From: Candidatus Latescibacterota bacterium
GTDB taxonomy: Bacteria > Latescibacterota > UBA2968
Assembly (NCBI GenBank): GCA_965204375.1
Contig: OZ241986.1
Coordinates: 480,001 to 544,000 of the forward strand
Length of the DNA: 64,000 nt
Direction of reading: 5' to 3'
The notes below the pieces were generated by a model. The model saw nothing but the letters and a program-made list of their open reading frames with translations. It had not been told where the DNA came from and did not search any database. The number at the start of each line of letters is the position of its first letter. Position 1 is the first letter of the stretch. Made by a program: the position numbers and the translations under genes. Shown piece after piece: positions 18,824 to 28,870 of the stretch.

Positions 18824-20320
18824 ATGGATAGAGTGATCATTGCAGAGTGCAAGCAGGAAGTCTCGACGTTTAATCCCGTGCCCAGCCAGTACGGCGATTT
18901 TCGAATCGTGCGTGGGCCTGATATGCTCGATTTCCATCGCGGCGTTGGTCACGAAGTCGGCGGTGCCCTGAGCGTTTTGGACCGAGAAGAGGCACTTCTC
19001 CTCGTGCCCACATACGGAGCGTGTGCGAATACATCTGGAGGTGTGCTTTCAAAAGACGGATTTGACCGCCTGAGCGATGAGTTTCTCGAAAGTATCCGGG
19101 ATGCTGGTGAAGTGGATGGGGCTTATTTCTCGCTTCACGGTGCCATGCAGGCAGAGGACAAAAATGATCCCGAAGGCTACCTGCTACAGGAAGCCCGTCG
19201 CATCCTCGGTGACCAGATTCCGATTGTGGTGTCCCTGGACCTGCACGGTATCCTCACCGATCGGATGCTCGAGCACTGTGATGCTGTCGTCACGTACCAC
19301 ACCTATCCGCATATCGACTTTGTCGAAACAGGAAAGCGTGCGGCCTTCCTGTTGACCAGGATGCTGGATGGAAACATCCGTCCCGTGACTGCAAGAGTCA
19401 AAATCCCGGCACTGGTGCGTGGCGATGAAATGATCACTGAGACCGGGGCGATTCGCGAATGTATTCAGTTGGCGAAGCAGATCGAAGCCAGCGAAGCGGG
19501 TCTTTCTGCTGGCGTGATGTGGGGAAACCCGTTCACCGACGTTCCGGAGCTTCGAACAAATAGCATTGTTGTCATGGATGGCGATGAAGCCGTCGCCATG
19601 CAATACGCGGTAGATCTGGCAAACCGGTTCTGGAAGCATCACGAAAAGATGCAGGTGCCCCTGACTGGCCTCGAAGAAGGCGTCCGGCTCGCTTCGGAAG
19701 TCGATTCTGGAACCGTCGTCATGATGGATGCAGCCGACGCGACCAGTTCTGGCGCATCGGGTGACAGCAATGCCATTGTGCGAGAACTGATGCGTCAGGA
19801 ATATCTCGGGAGGGTCCTTGCACCGGTCGTGGATCCCGCTGCCGTCCAGAAAGCTTTCAACGCGGGCATAGGTGCCACCATCCGCACTACCGTAGGCGGC
19901 GCGTTCGACAGAGCCAGGTACGAACCACTGGAAATAGAGGCCCGGGTCCACCTGCTTTCAGATGGCGTTTTTCGCAGCGAGTCCTTCGGCTGGCACTGGA
20001 ATTCGGGAAATACCGCCGTTCTCAAGGCGGATAATTATACTCTTGTGGTCGGTACAAAGCCAGTCAGCCTGTTTGACCGATCGTGGTTTTACGCTCACGG
20101 ACAGGATCCGAAGAAATTCGACCTAATTGTCGTAAAGTCGCCTCATTGCGAGCCTCACATGTTCGCCGACTGGTGCGCGGAGTTGATTAATGTTGACGCC
20201 CCCGGAGCGACGAGCGCGAACTTACAGAGCCTCGGACATACGATCTGTAATCGACCGATTTTTCCGCTGGATGATGCCGTGGAATTTCATCCGGCAGCGG
20301 ATGTATTCCGTCGGGATTGA
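18824..20320 (+). CDS. M81 family metallopeptidase (MlrC-like)
   Basis: QEVSTF, LHGAM, SLDLHG, TYPHID, VVKS motifs; GGAG RBS before ATG 18824. Confidence 0.88.
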   Translation: MDRVIIAECKQEVSTFNPVPSQYGDFRIVRGPDMLDFHRGVGHEVGGALSVLDREEALLLVPTYGACANTSGGVLSKDGFDRLSDEFLESIRDAGEVDGAYFSLHGAMQAEDKNDPEGYLLQEARRILGDQIPIVVSLDLHGILTDRMLEHCDAVVTYHTYPHIDFVETGKRAAFLLTRMLDGNIRPVTARVKIPALVRGDEMITETGAIRECIQLAKQIEASEAGLSAGVMWGNPFTDVPELRTNSIVVMDGDEAVAMQYAVDLANRFWKHHEKMQVPLTGLEEGVRLASEVDSGTVVMMDAADATSSGASGDSNAIVRELMRQEYLGRVLAPVVDPAAVQKAFNAGIGATIRTTVGGAFDRARYEPLEIEARVHLLSDGVFRSESFGWHWNSGNTAVLKADNYTLVVGTKPVSLFDRSWFYAHGQDPKKFDLIVVKSPHCEPHMFADWCAELINVDAPGATSANLQSLGHTICNRPIFPLDDAVEFHPAADVFRRD

Positions 20321-20401
20321 ATGGGGCATGTCATCACCAACACATATATTGGATCACCCTCGCTTCCATCCAGCATTGGGACTGATACAGAAGGAACGCC
20401 T

Positions 20402-22132
20402 ATGCCACACGCCGAGCAGATCGACCCCATCCGATTTGAGGTCATCCGAAATGCGCTGTCCGAAGCTACGGAAGAAATGGCGATTGCCCTGCGCCGCAGT
20501 GCTTACTCCACCAATATCAAAACCCGAGCCGACTTCTCCTGTGTCCTTTTTGACAGCCGGGTTCGGGTCGTCGCCCAGGCCTTCGCGCAGCCCGTCCACC
20601 TCGGCTCCCTGTCCTTACTTGTCCCCCGGATGGTGGAAGCATACGGGGCTGAAAATCTGGGCCCCGGCGACGCCATCCTGGCCAATGACCCCTATCTGGG
20701 CGGCGTACACCTGAATGATATCACCCTCATTTCACCAGTATATCACAACAACACTTGCCTGGGGTATGTTGCCAACCTGGCTCACCATGTGGATGTAGGT
20801 GGCGGGTCCCCCGCGAGCATCGGCACTTTCAGAGAAGTGTTCCAGGAAGGCGTAATTATCCCGCCAGTCAAGCTCGTTGAGCGGGGCGAACTCGTCACCA
20901 ATATCTTCAATCTCATCCTCGCGCAAATTCGTTCGAAACGCGAAATGGCAGGCGATCTGCGTGCCCAAATCGCAGCCAACAACACAGGTGTTCGCCGCTT
21001 ATGTGCCCTTGCCGATCGCATAGGCGGCGACACGGTGTCGTTCTACATTCGCGAATTGATTGCCTACACGGAACGGCGCACGCGCGTGGAAATCAGAAAT
21101 TTGCCGAATGGCGATTTTTCAGCCGATGGGCAGGTGGATAACGACGGTTTTACGGATCGGCCAGTACACCTTGCCGCACAAATCAGCATTCAGAATGATC
21201 AGGTATGCTTCGATTTTACCGGCTCTGACGTTCAGCGTAGCGCTCCGGTAAATTCAACCGCGGCGATGACTTTTTCCGCCTGTGCCTATGTTCTCAAGTG
21301 TCTCATTGACCCGTATGTACCAGTCAATGCGGGTTTCTATAATGCGGTTCAAATGGTCGCGCCCGAGGGAACGGTCGTCAACTGTTCACCCCACGCACCG
21401 GTTGTAGGAGGCTGGGAGACCCAATTGCGGCTAACAGATGTCATGTTAAGGGCTTTGGCCTCCGCATTTCCCGATAACATCCCGGCAGGTACCAAAGCCA
21501 TGGTATGTCATGCGGGATTCGGCGGAATCATCGCCAGCACAGGCGAGTATTACTGCTTTTTGGAAACCCTGGGCGGCGGCTATGGTGGTCGTGCTGCGAG
21601 CGATGGGCCGGACGCTGTTCAGACTCATGGGCAGAACACAGAAAACGCACCCATTGAAGAAACAGAAATCAATTACCCGGTACGCATCGTGCGCTACGAA
21701 CTGGTCGAAAACTCCGAAGGTCCTGGTAAATTTCGGGGCGGATTGGGCCTCCGGCGTGACTATCTCTTTCCCGACCATGAAGCCACCTTCACCATCCTCG
21801 CTGACCGCGACAGGAAGGGCCCCAGGGGCCTATTCGGCGGCAAACCTGGCCGCACTGCTGGTTATTTCCTCAACTCGAATGGAAAAACCGTCCGACTCGG
21901 TTCGAAAACCACTGTTCAGCTCCAACCGGGAGACATTGTCAGCTATCGCACCTGCGGTGGCGGCGGCTACGGTCTGCCCGCGGAGCGGGATCCCGAACGG
22001 GTGTTGCGCGACGTTCGAAACGGTATGGTCAGCCGGGAGAGAGCAAGGGAGATCTACCGAACGGAGATCGATACGGAGGCCTGGCGTGTGAACGATAGAG
22101 AAACGATGAGGTTGCGGAGTGAGATTACCTGA
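20402..22132 (+). CDS. hyuB: Hydantoinase B / 5-oxoprolinase beta subunit
   Basis: DPIRFEVIRN, NDPYLGGVHLND, HHVDVGG, GPGKFRGGLG, GGGGYG motifs. Confidence 0.88.
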   Translation: MPHAEQIDPIRFEVIRNALSEATEEMAIALRRSAYSTNIKTRADFSCVLFDSRVRVVAQAFAQPVHLGSLSLLVPRMVEAYGAENLGPGDAILANDPYLGGVHLNDITLISPVYHNNTCLGYVANLAHHVDVGGGSPASIGTFREVFQEGVIIPPVKLVERGELVTNIFNLILAQIRSKREMAGDLRAQIAANNTGVRRLCALADRIGGDTVSFYIRELIAYTERRTRVEIRNLPNGDFSADGQVDNDGFTDRPVHLAAQISIQNDQVCFDFTGSDVQRSAPVNSTAAMTFSACAYVLKCLIDPYVPVNAGFYNAVQMVAPEGTVVNCSPHAPVVGGWETQLRLTDVMLRALASAFPDNIPAGTKAMVCHAGFGGIIASTGEYYCFLETLGGGYGGRAASDGPDAVQTHGQNTENAPIEETEINYPVRIVRYELVENSEGPGKFRGGLGLRRDYLFPDHEATFTILADRDRKGPRGLFGGKPGRTAGYFLNSNGKTVRLGSKTTVQLQPGDIVSYRTCGGGGYGLPAERDPERVLRDVRNGMVSRERAREIYRTEIDTEAWRVNDRETMRLRSEIT

Positions 22133-22162
22133 TCAAAAACTCGGTTCTGAAGGAACATAAAA

Positions 22163-24250
22163 ATGGCGTACCGGCTGGGCATTGACACTGGTGGAACATT
22201 CACAGATGCAACGCTTATTGATGAAGAAACTGGAGATGTCCATGTCGGTAAGGTGTCGTCCACACCGCGAGACCCTTCCCTCGGATTTATGGAAGCTACC
22301 CATCGAATCCTGGGCGAAGCAGAAATTGAACCGACTAAAGTGGGCTATATCGTACACGGAACCACGGTGGTCACCAATGCAATTATCGAAGGCAAAACCG
22401 CTCGGACGGGTTTTATCACTACTGGTGGCTTTCGAGATCTGCTTGAAATCGCGCGTCAGATCCGTCCGTCGCTTTACGACCTGCAGTTTGAAAAGCCTCG
22501 GCCGCTGGTACCGCGCTACCTCTGTTTCGGTGTGCCGGAGCGTCTGGATGCAAGGGGAAAGATTCTCGAGCCTCTTGATGAAAAAGCCGTCTCCTTCGCG
22601 GCGAGCCAACTGCGTCGGGAGGGTGTGGAATCGATCGCGGTCTGCCTACTTCACGCCTACACCAATCCCGTCCACGAGCAGCGAGTTGGAGAGATCCTGA
22701 GACGGGACTTTCCCGAAGCGATGGTGTCGCTGTCTTCGGAAGTATCACCGGAATTCCGGGAGTATTTTCGGGCCACCACCACCGTCATCAACGCCTGTAT
22801 TCGGCCTGTTGCTGCGCGCTATTTGGAAAACATCCAGGCTCGGTTGCGAGAAGAAGGGTTAACAGCGCAACTTTTGGTGATGCAAAGCAGCGGAGGAGTT
22901 CTGACCTTTGGCTCGGCAGCTAAAAAACCGGTTTTTCTCGTCGAATCAGGTCCCGCGGCCGGAGTGATCGCAGCGACCTATCTGGGCGATACACTGGGTC
23001 ATCCCAACGTGATCTCTTTTGACATGGGAGGAACAACGGCCAAAGCGGGCCTCGTACAGGACGGTCGGCCCCAGGTGACCAAGGATTACGAGGTGGGGGC
23101 TACCGCTCAGGCGGGTGTAGGTGGGGCAAGAGGCGGGGGATATCCCATCCGCACGCCCGTCATAGACCTGGTGGAAATCGGCGCTGGCGGGGGGTCAATC
23201 GCCTGGATAGACCCGGGTGGTGTGTTGCGGGTGGGGCCGCATAGCGCGGGAGCCGATCCCGGTCCGGTATGCTACGGAAAGGGCGGCGAAGAACCCACGA
23301 TCACCGATGCCAACCTGATGCTGGGGCGCCTCAACCCGGATTACTTTTTGGGCGGTGAGATCGCACTGGACGCGGAAGCCGCTCGAAAGGCGATTCAGCA
23401 AAAATGCGCCGACCCGCTGGGACTGGATCCCGTAGAAGCCGCCCACGGAATTGTGGAAATCGCCAACGCGGCCATGGTCAACGCCCTCCGGCTGGTTTCT
23501 GTTCAGCGGGGATACGATCCGAGAGAATTCGTGCTGGTGGCCTTCGGTGGGGCCGGTCCAGTACATGCCTGCCGCCTATCGGCAGAAATGGAGATTCCGA
23601 CCATCCTGATTCCGATGAGTCCGGGAACCACTTCGGCGATGGGCTTGCTCGTGACAGATCTCAAGCACGACTACTCGACAACATTCATATGCCAGGTAGA
23701 TAAGCTGGATCTCAAAAAGGTGGCGACAGCGTTCTGCAATATGGAACAACAGGGGAGGGCGATACTGGAGGAAGAAGGGGTGCAGGACAAGGACAAGGAC
23801 TTCCTCCGCCAGGTAGATATGCGCTATGTAGGCCAAAGCTATGAACTGACTGTACCGCTTTCTGGAACTGAATTCACACCAGCCGGGATTGAAGCCTTGC
23901 TGGTCTGCTTTCATCGAGAACACGACCGGGCCTACGGATACAGCGCCCCTGAAGAACCTGCGGAATTTGTCAATCTCCGCCTTTCAGCAATTGGCCGAAT
24001 CGCAAAACCCCGGCTCCGCAGCCTCGATTCAAATTTGGACGCTCCGGCTCTCAAAACCAGCCGTCCCGTTTATTTTTCCGAACGCAATGGATTTGTAGAT
24101 TGTCCGATTTACGACCGCTATACCCTCGCCGCGGGGAATATCGTGGACGGCCCTGCGATCGTTGAAGAAATCGATTCCACGACCGTTATCCATCCCGGGT
24201 ACCGAGGAACCGTAGATACGTACGGGAACCTGATTTTGACTGGGGAATGA
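22163..24250 (+). CDS. hyuA: Hydantoinase A / 5-oxoprolinase ATP-binding subunit
   Basis: GIDTGGTFTD, HGTT, SGPAAG, DMGGTT, IGAGGGS, FGGAGPVH motifs. Confidence 0.9.
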   Translation: MAYRLGIDTGGTFTDATLIDEETGDVHVGKVSSTPRDPSLGFMEATHRILGEAEIEPTKVGYIVHGTTVVTNAIIEGKTARTGFITTGGFRDLLEIARQIRPSLYDLQFEKPRPLVPRYLCFGVPERLDARGKILEPLDEKAVSFAASQLRREGVESIAVCLLHAYTNPVHEQRVGEILRRDFPEAMVSLSSEVSPEFREYFRATTTVINACIRPVAARYLENIQARLREEGLTAQLLVMQSSGGVLTFGSAAKKPVFLVESGPAAGVIAATYLGDTLGHPNVISFDMGGTTAKAGLVQDGRPQVTKDYEVGATAQAGVGGARGGGYPIRTPVIDLVEIGAGGGSIAWIDPGGVLRVGPHSAGADPGPVCYGKGGEEPTITDANLMLGRLNPDYFLGGEIALDAEAARKAIQQKCADPLGLDPVEAAHGIVEIANAAMVNALRLVSVQRGYDPREFVLVAFGGAGPVHACRLSAEMEIPTILIPMSPGTTSAMGLLVTDLKHDYSTTFICQVDKLDLKKVATAFCNMEQQGRAILEEEGVQDKDKDFLRQVDMRYVGQSYELTVPLSGTEFTPAGIEALLVCFHREHDRAYGYSAPEEPAEFVNLRLSAIGRIAKPRLRSLDSNLDAPALKTSRPVYFSERNGFVDCPIYDRYTLAAGNIVDGPAIVEEIDSTTVIHPGYRGTVDTYGNLILTGE

Positions 24251-24301
24251 CCAAGACGCCTCCGAGCACAGGGCAGAGCGAGACTTCTGGAATACACTGA
24301 T

Positions 24302-26230
24302 ATGGCAGAGGAGCAAAGGGTGCCTTATACTGAAGCTGGATACGGAATCGTCCTGTCGAAAAACGTCATGGTCCCCATGCGGGATGGTACTCGTCTGGCC
24401 ACAGACATTTACCGTCCGGCACGCGATGGTGAGCCACTGCCGGGTCCCTTTCCCACAATTCTGTGTCGCACCCCGTATGACAAATCCGATGCACGCTATG
24501 AGGAAATAGGAGATTTCTTTACGCCACACGGGTATGTGACCGTGCTCCAGGACTTGCGAGGCCGATACCGTTCCGAAGGTTTGGGTCAGTACTTCCACGT
24601 TGCCAATATCAACGATGGCCTGGACGGCTATGACACGGTAGAATGGATCGCTGCCCAGCCCTGGTCAAACAAACGCGTGGGGGCTGTTGGCAGTTCTTTC
24701 GCGGCTCTGGTGCAGACCCGAATGGCGTTTCACCGTCCGCCGCATCTCACTGCCATCTGGCCAGACGTAACACCCATTAACAGCTATCACCATCAGGCTC
24801 GAGAAGGCGGGGCCATGCAGATGCACATGTTCTGGGCGCTTTACCTCCATGCTCAGGACGCACAGGAAATCCAGAATGACCCTGAAGCGCAGGACGCTGT
24901 CTGGAACGATCTCCGCGGGATTCGCGAACTTCTCGTTTCAATGCCGTTTCAGCCCGGTCAAACTGCTCTATCCACAGTTCCCAATCTCGAAAAAACGCTT
25001 TTTGACTACTATCATCGGGGAGAGTACGATAGTTTCTGGGAGCGGGAATACAACGATTTTGAGCGGAATTTCGAACGTCACGCAGACATTCCCGGCACCT
25101 ATTCAAGCGGCTGGTACGACCCGTACGCTGTAGCCGTCACGGGCTATTTTGCCGCAATGGCCGAACAAAACGCTACGCCGCAACGACTGGTGATGGGGCC
25201 CTGGAATCACGTGGGGATGAGAGGGGATTCTTCTTTCACGGGAGATGTAGATTTTGGATCTGACAGTGTTTGGGGGATAAGCCGCTACTTCGAAGAACAA
25301 CGCCGGTTTTTTGACGCGTGGCTAAGAGATATACCTTCAGGAAAGGAAGACGATCCACCTGTGAGTATATTTGTGATGGGCGGAGGCGCAGGTCGCAAAA
25401 CGGACGAGGGAAAATACCACCACGGAGGAAGATGGCGTCGTGAGCGGGAGTGGCCATTGGCCCGTACTCGTACTATTCAGTACCACTTTCATTCGCAGGG
25501 CCTACTGAGTACAGATGAGCCTGATGAGGAAAGCCCTCCTCTGTCCTTCACCTACGATCCCACCAATCCGGTACCCACGATTGGAGGCAGTCTGTGTGGC
25601 ATCATGGAGCTTCCAGAGGATGCTGGAGATCTGGACCAGATGTGGAGCCGGTTTCTCTCGCCGGTTACGCGATTGCGCAACATCGTCATTCCCGGGCCTA
25701 CCTATCAAAAGGAGTCTGCCGATGTATTTGGCGCACATCCCCCTTACCAGCTTTTGGCGGATCGACCAGATGTGCTGGTCTTTCAGACGTCTCCTCTGGA
25801 GGAGGATCTGGAAGTAACCGGATCCGCCATTGTCACATTGTGGATTTCTTCCTCGGCTCCCGATACCGATTTTACCGCGAAGCTCATTGACCTTGCGCCG
25901 GCTAACGATGACTATCCGGACGGATATGCAATGAACCTCGTGGATTCCGTGATTCGCACGCGGTATCGAAATAGCTGGGAACAGGAAGAACTCATGGAAC
26001 CCGGTGCAGTCTATCGGGTTCAGATTCCTCTGCCCCCAACCAGTAATTTGTTTCAGGCGGGGCATCGGATCAGGATCGATATATCCAGTAGCAATTTCCC
26101 CCGCCTGGACTTGAATCCCAATACGGGCGAACCAATGGGAAGGCATACACACACGGTATCCGCACGCAACACGGTATATATGGACAAGCAGCGCCCGTCG
26201 GGTGTGCTTCTGCCGACTATCCCAGTCTAA
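24302..26230 (+). CDS. CocE/NonD family hydrolase (peptidase S15)
   Basis: VPMRDGTRLATD, RTPY, GSSF nucleophile, GWYD, GPWNH, SSNFPR motifs. Confidence 0.9.
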   Translation: MAEEQRVPYTEAGYGIVLSKNVMVPMRDGTRLATDIYRPARDGEPLPGPFPTILCRTPYDKSDARYEEIGDFFTPHGYVTVLQDLRGRYRSEGLGQYFHVANINDGLDGYDTVEWIAAQPWSNKRVGAVGSSFAALVQTRMAFHRPPHLTAIWPDVTPINSYHHQAREGGAMQMHMFWALYLHAQDAQEIQNDPEAQDAVWNDLRGIRELLVSMPFQPGQTALSTVPNLEKTLFDYYHRGEYDSFWEREYNDFERNFERHADIPGTYSSGWYDPYAVAVTGYFAAMAEQNATPQRLVMGPWNHVGMRGDSSFTGDVDFGSDSVWGISRYFEEQRRFFDAWLRDIPSGKEDDPPVSIFVMGGGAGRKTDEGKYHHGGRWRREREWPLARTRTIQYHFHSQGLLSTDEPDEESPPLSFTYDPTNPVPTIGGSLCGIMELPEDAGDLDQMWSRFLSPVTRLRNIVIPGPTYQKESADVFGAHPPYQLLADRPDVLVFQTSPLEEDLEVTGSAIVTLWISSSAPDTDFTAKLIDLAPANDDYPDGYAMNLVDSVIRTRYRNSWEQEELMEPGAVYRVQIPLPPTSNLFQAGHRIRIDISSSNFPRLDLNPNTGEPMGRHTHTVSARNTVYMDKQRPSGVLLPTIPV

Positions 26231-26278
26231 GTATTCATGGGTATTTTGGAAGATTCCATATAGGCGATAACTATTTTT

Positions 26279-27115
26279 ATGCACTGGCTCTTTTTTTCTA
26301 TTATCCTCGACTTCGGTTTTGTCCAGCTTTTCAAGCTCGGACAAAGACGTGGCGATTACGCGCCAGTGGTTGTTTCTGTAAACTATCTCGTCTTGGCTCT
26401 CGCAATTGCCATTTATCTTTTTGTTACCGATGCATGGACATTTCCCACACTTGCCCTTTACACGGGGTTGGGAACTGGTACGGTTTTTATCAGTTCCATG
26501 TTGCTGATGAATCACGCGCTTACGCTCGCGCCCGTCGGTTCTGTGGTTACGGCTTTCCGAATGTCCATTGTCGTGCCCATTGTGATGGGCATTTATCTCT
26601 GGGGCGAATCCATGGCCCCAACGCAGTTTGTGGGGGTGCTTCTCGCGCTCAGTGCTCTGGCACTTATGACTTCTCATCCGAGCAGAACCGCGCAGGTCAG
26701 AGGAATAAAAGCATTTGGTTTGCTTATCGCGATCTGCCTCTGGCAAGGCGTGAGCCATACGGGCTTGCGGTCTGTTCACTACAATGGTCTCGATCCCGTC
26801 TATCTGCACATCTTGACGTTCATCGGAGCAACTGCCGGGCTGATGGGCAGTGTTGTCATCATTCTCAAAAAACACCGACCACAAAGACCTGCGGTCAAAC
26901 TTGGCATTTTTATTGGTTTTTACAATGTTCTGGCGCTTTGCGTCATTATGACCGCATTAAGCAAGTTGCCAGGCACGCTTTTTTTTCCGACATTGGGATG
27001 TAGTGTTGTTGTGCTGGATAATCTCTTTGCCCATTTCTACTGGAAAGAACGCCTCGCCCGACCCGCTATTGCCGGTGTGGGGATCGCTGTTCTCGCCGTT
27101 CTTCTGGTTTTGTGA
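26279..27115 (+). CDS. DMT/EamA-family transporter
   Basis: About 10 TMs in two repeats ending WGE and WKE. Confidence 0.75.
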   Translation: MHWLFFSIILDFGFVQLFKLGQRRGDYAPVVVSVNYLVLALAIAIYLFVTDAWTFPTLALYTGLGTGTVFISSMLLMNHALTLAPVGSVVTAFRMSIVVPIVMGIYLWGESMAPTQFVGVLLALSALALMTSHPSRTAQVRGIKAFGLLIAICLWQGVSHTGLRSVHYNGLDPVYLHILTFIGATAGLMGSVVIILKKHRPQRPAVKLGIFIGFYNVLALCVIMTALSKLPGTLFFPTLGCSVVVLDNLFAHFYWKERLARPAIAGVGIAVLAVLLVL

Positions 27116-27127
27116 AAGGAATTCTCC

Positions 27128-28465
27128 ATGAGCCGACCCAATATTGTTTTTGTATTCGCCGATGACTGGGGCTGGGGCGATTTGAGTTGTTATGGACATC
27201 CTCATGCCAGGACACCAAATCTGGACCGTCTCGCTGCACAGGGGACCCTTTTTTCTCAGTTCTACGTTTGCTCTGGCGTTTGTTCTCCAAGCCGTGCCGC
27301 TGTTATGACCGGACGTTTTCCAGCGCACTGGGGCATACACGGGCATTTTGCACAGCACGGGCAAAACGCGGCACGGGGTATGCCCAATTTTCTCGATCCC
27401 GATGCGGTTACAGTTACTGGTCTGTTGCAACAAAGTGGGTACGCGGTGGGGCACTTTGGCAAGTGGCATCTCGGTAGCGGTGCGGGCGCACCCGCACCTT
27501 ATGATTACGGTATTGACGAGAGTAAAATCAATGTGGGAAATGGTCAGTTGCTCAATTTTACCGATTTGCAGACCGGGGAAGGTCGCAGCCGTTCTACGGA
27601 GGTGATTATTGATGAAACCATTGGTTTTATTGAGCGCAATAAAGACGAGCCTTTTTTTGTTCAGGCATGGCTCAACGATACCCACGCGATTCTCGATCCG
27701 ACTGAAGAACAGATGGAACCCTATAAGCAGTTCACTGCGAATGGCCTGGAAGATAAACACAAAGGCGCGTTGCGGATTTACTACTCGGTTGTTACCAATG
27801 CAGACCGCCATATTGGCCGGCTGATGGATAAACTCGACGAATTGAATTTGAGCGATAATACCATTGTGATCTTTTCTGCGGACAATGGCCCCGAAGATAT
27901 CCATATTCGCAATGCCACGCACAGCGGCGTCGGTTCTTCCGGTCCTTTTCGCGGTCGCAAGCGCAGCCTCTACGAGGGCGGTGTGCGTACGCCTTTTATT
28001 ATTCGCTGGCCCAATGGCGTTTCTGCCGGGCGGATTGATAATGATACGCCGCTTTGTGCGGTTGATCTCCTACCTACTTTTTGCAATCTGGCGGATATTG
28101 ATATCGATGGGTTAGTGATTGATGGGGAAGACATGACCGATGCGTTGCGCGGTCGAAGTGTTATAAGACAAAAACCGCTTATGTGGGAATGGCGGTTCAA
28201 TATTGCCGGGCATTGTTTGCACAAAAGTCCCATGCTTTCTATCCGCGAAGGCGATTGGAAATTGCTTTTGAATCCCGACCGCAGCCGCGTCGAGCTTTTC
28301 AATATTCCGCGAGATCCGATGGAACTCAACAATCGCGTAGAATATATGCCAGAGCGCGTCGCGGAAATGGCTGATCGAGTGCTCGCCTGGCAAGATACCC
28401 TGCCCGAAGGTCCGATTGATGACAATGCGGGGTCCAATGCGTATCCCTGGCCCGGCACGTTTTAG
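27128..28465 (+). CDS. Sulfatase (Cys-type, arylsulfatase A / GalNAc-6-sulfatase-like)
   Basis: FADDWGWGDL, CSPSR, GKWHLG, ADNG, YEGGVR motifs. Confidence 0.9.
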   Translation: MSRPNIVFVFADDWGWGDLSCYGHPHARTPNLDRLAAQGTLFSQFYVCSGVCSPSRAAVMTGRFPAHWGIHGHFAQHGQNAARGMPNFLDPDAVTVTGLLQQSGYAVGHFGKWHLGSGAGAPAPYDYGIDESKINVGNGQLLNFTDLQTGEGRSRSTEVIIDETIGFIERNKDEPFFVQAWLNDTHAILDPTEEQMEPYKQFTANGLEDKHKGALRIYYSVVTNADRHIGRLMDKLDELNLSDNTIVIFSADNGPEDIHIRNATHSGVGSSGPFRGRKRSLYEGGVRTPFIIRWPNGVSAGRIDNDTPLCAVDLLPTFCNLADIDIDGLVIDGEDMTDALRGRSVIRQKPLMWEWRFNIAGHCLHKSPMLSIREGDWKLLLNPDRSRVELFNIPRDPMELNNRVEYMPERVAEMADRVLAWQDTLPEGPIDDNAGSNAYPWPGTF

Positions 28466-28468
28466 GAT

Positions 28469-28870
28469 ATGGATGCACGTAAAACTGTACACGCCTATTT
28501 TGACGCGCTTACTGCGGGAGACGCGCGACGGTTGATCGGTCTTATGTCTCGTGCGCCTTATTATGTCAAAATCGGTACAGATGAAGATGAATATATCCAG
28601 GGTGATGAAAATACGCCCAGGTACTATCGTCACCATGTGGATAGTACAGAGGATTTCGCCATTACCTGCGATTATCTCGATGTTCAAGAGCGCGAGGCAG
28701 TTGCATGGTTTTACACACGTCAAACCTGGAATCTCAAATGGCAGGGCCAGCGCGAACAATTGGCTATGCGCTTGACGGGTGTTCTCGAAAAAGAAAAAGA
28801 TCAGTGGAAATTTGTCCAGATCCACGCTTCACTCGGTGTACCTGAATCAGGAGATATGCACGATGGATGA
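28469..28870 (+). CDS. SnoaL/NTF2-like protein
   Basis: IGTDEDE, RLTGVLEK...WKFVQIHAS. Confidence 0.75.
   Translation: MDARKTVHAYFDALTAGDARRLIGLMSRAPYYVKIGTDEDEYIQGDENTPRYYRHHVDSTEDFAITCDYLDVQEREAVAWFYTRQTWNLKWQGQREQLAMRLTGVLEKEKDQWKFVQIHASLGVPESGDMHDG

Noticed and set aside
14568-26230. Integron cassette array
   Set aside because: No attC-like RYYYAAC...GTTRRRY inverted structures seen between genes and no integrase.
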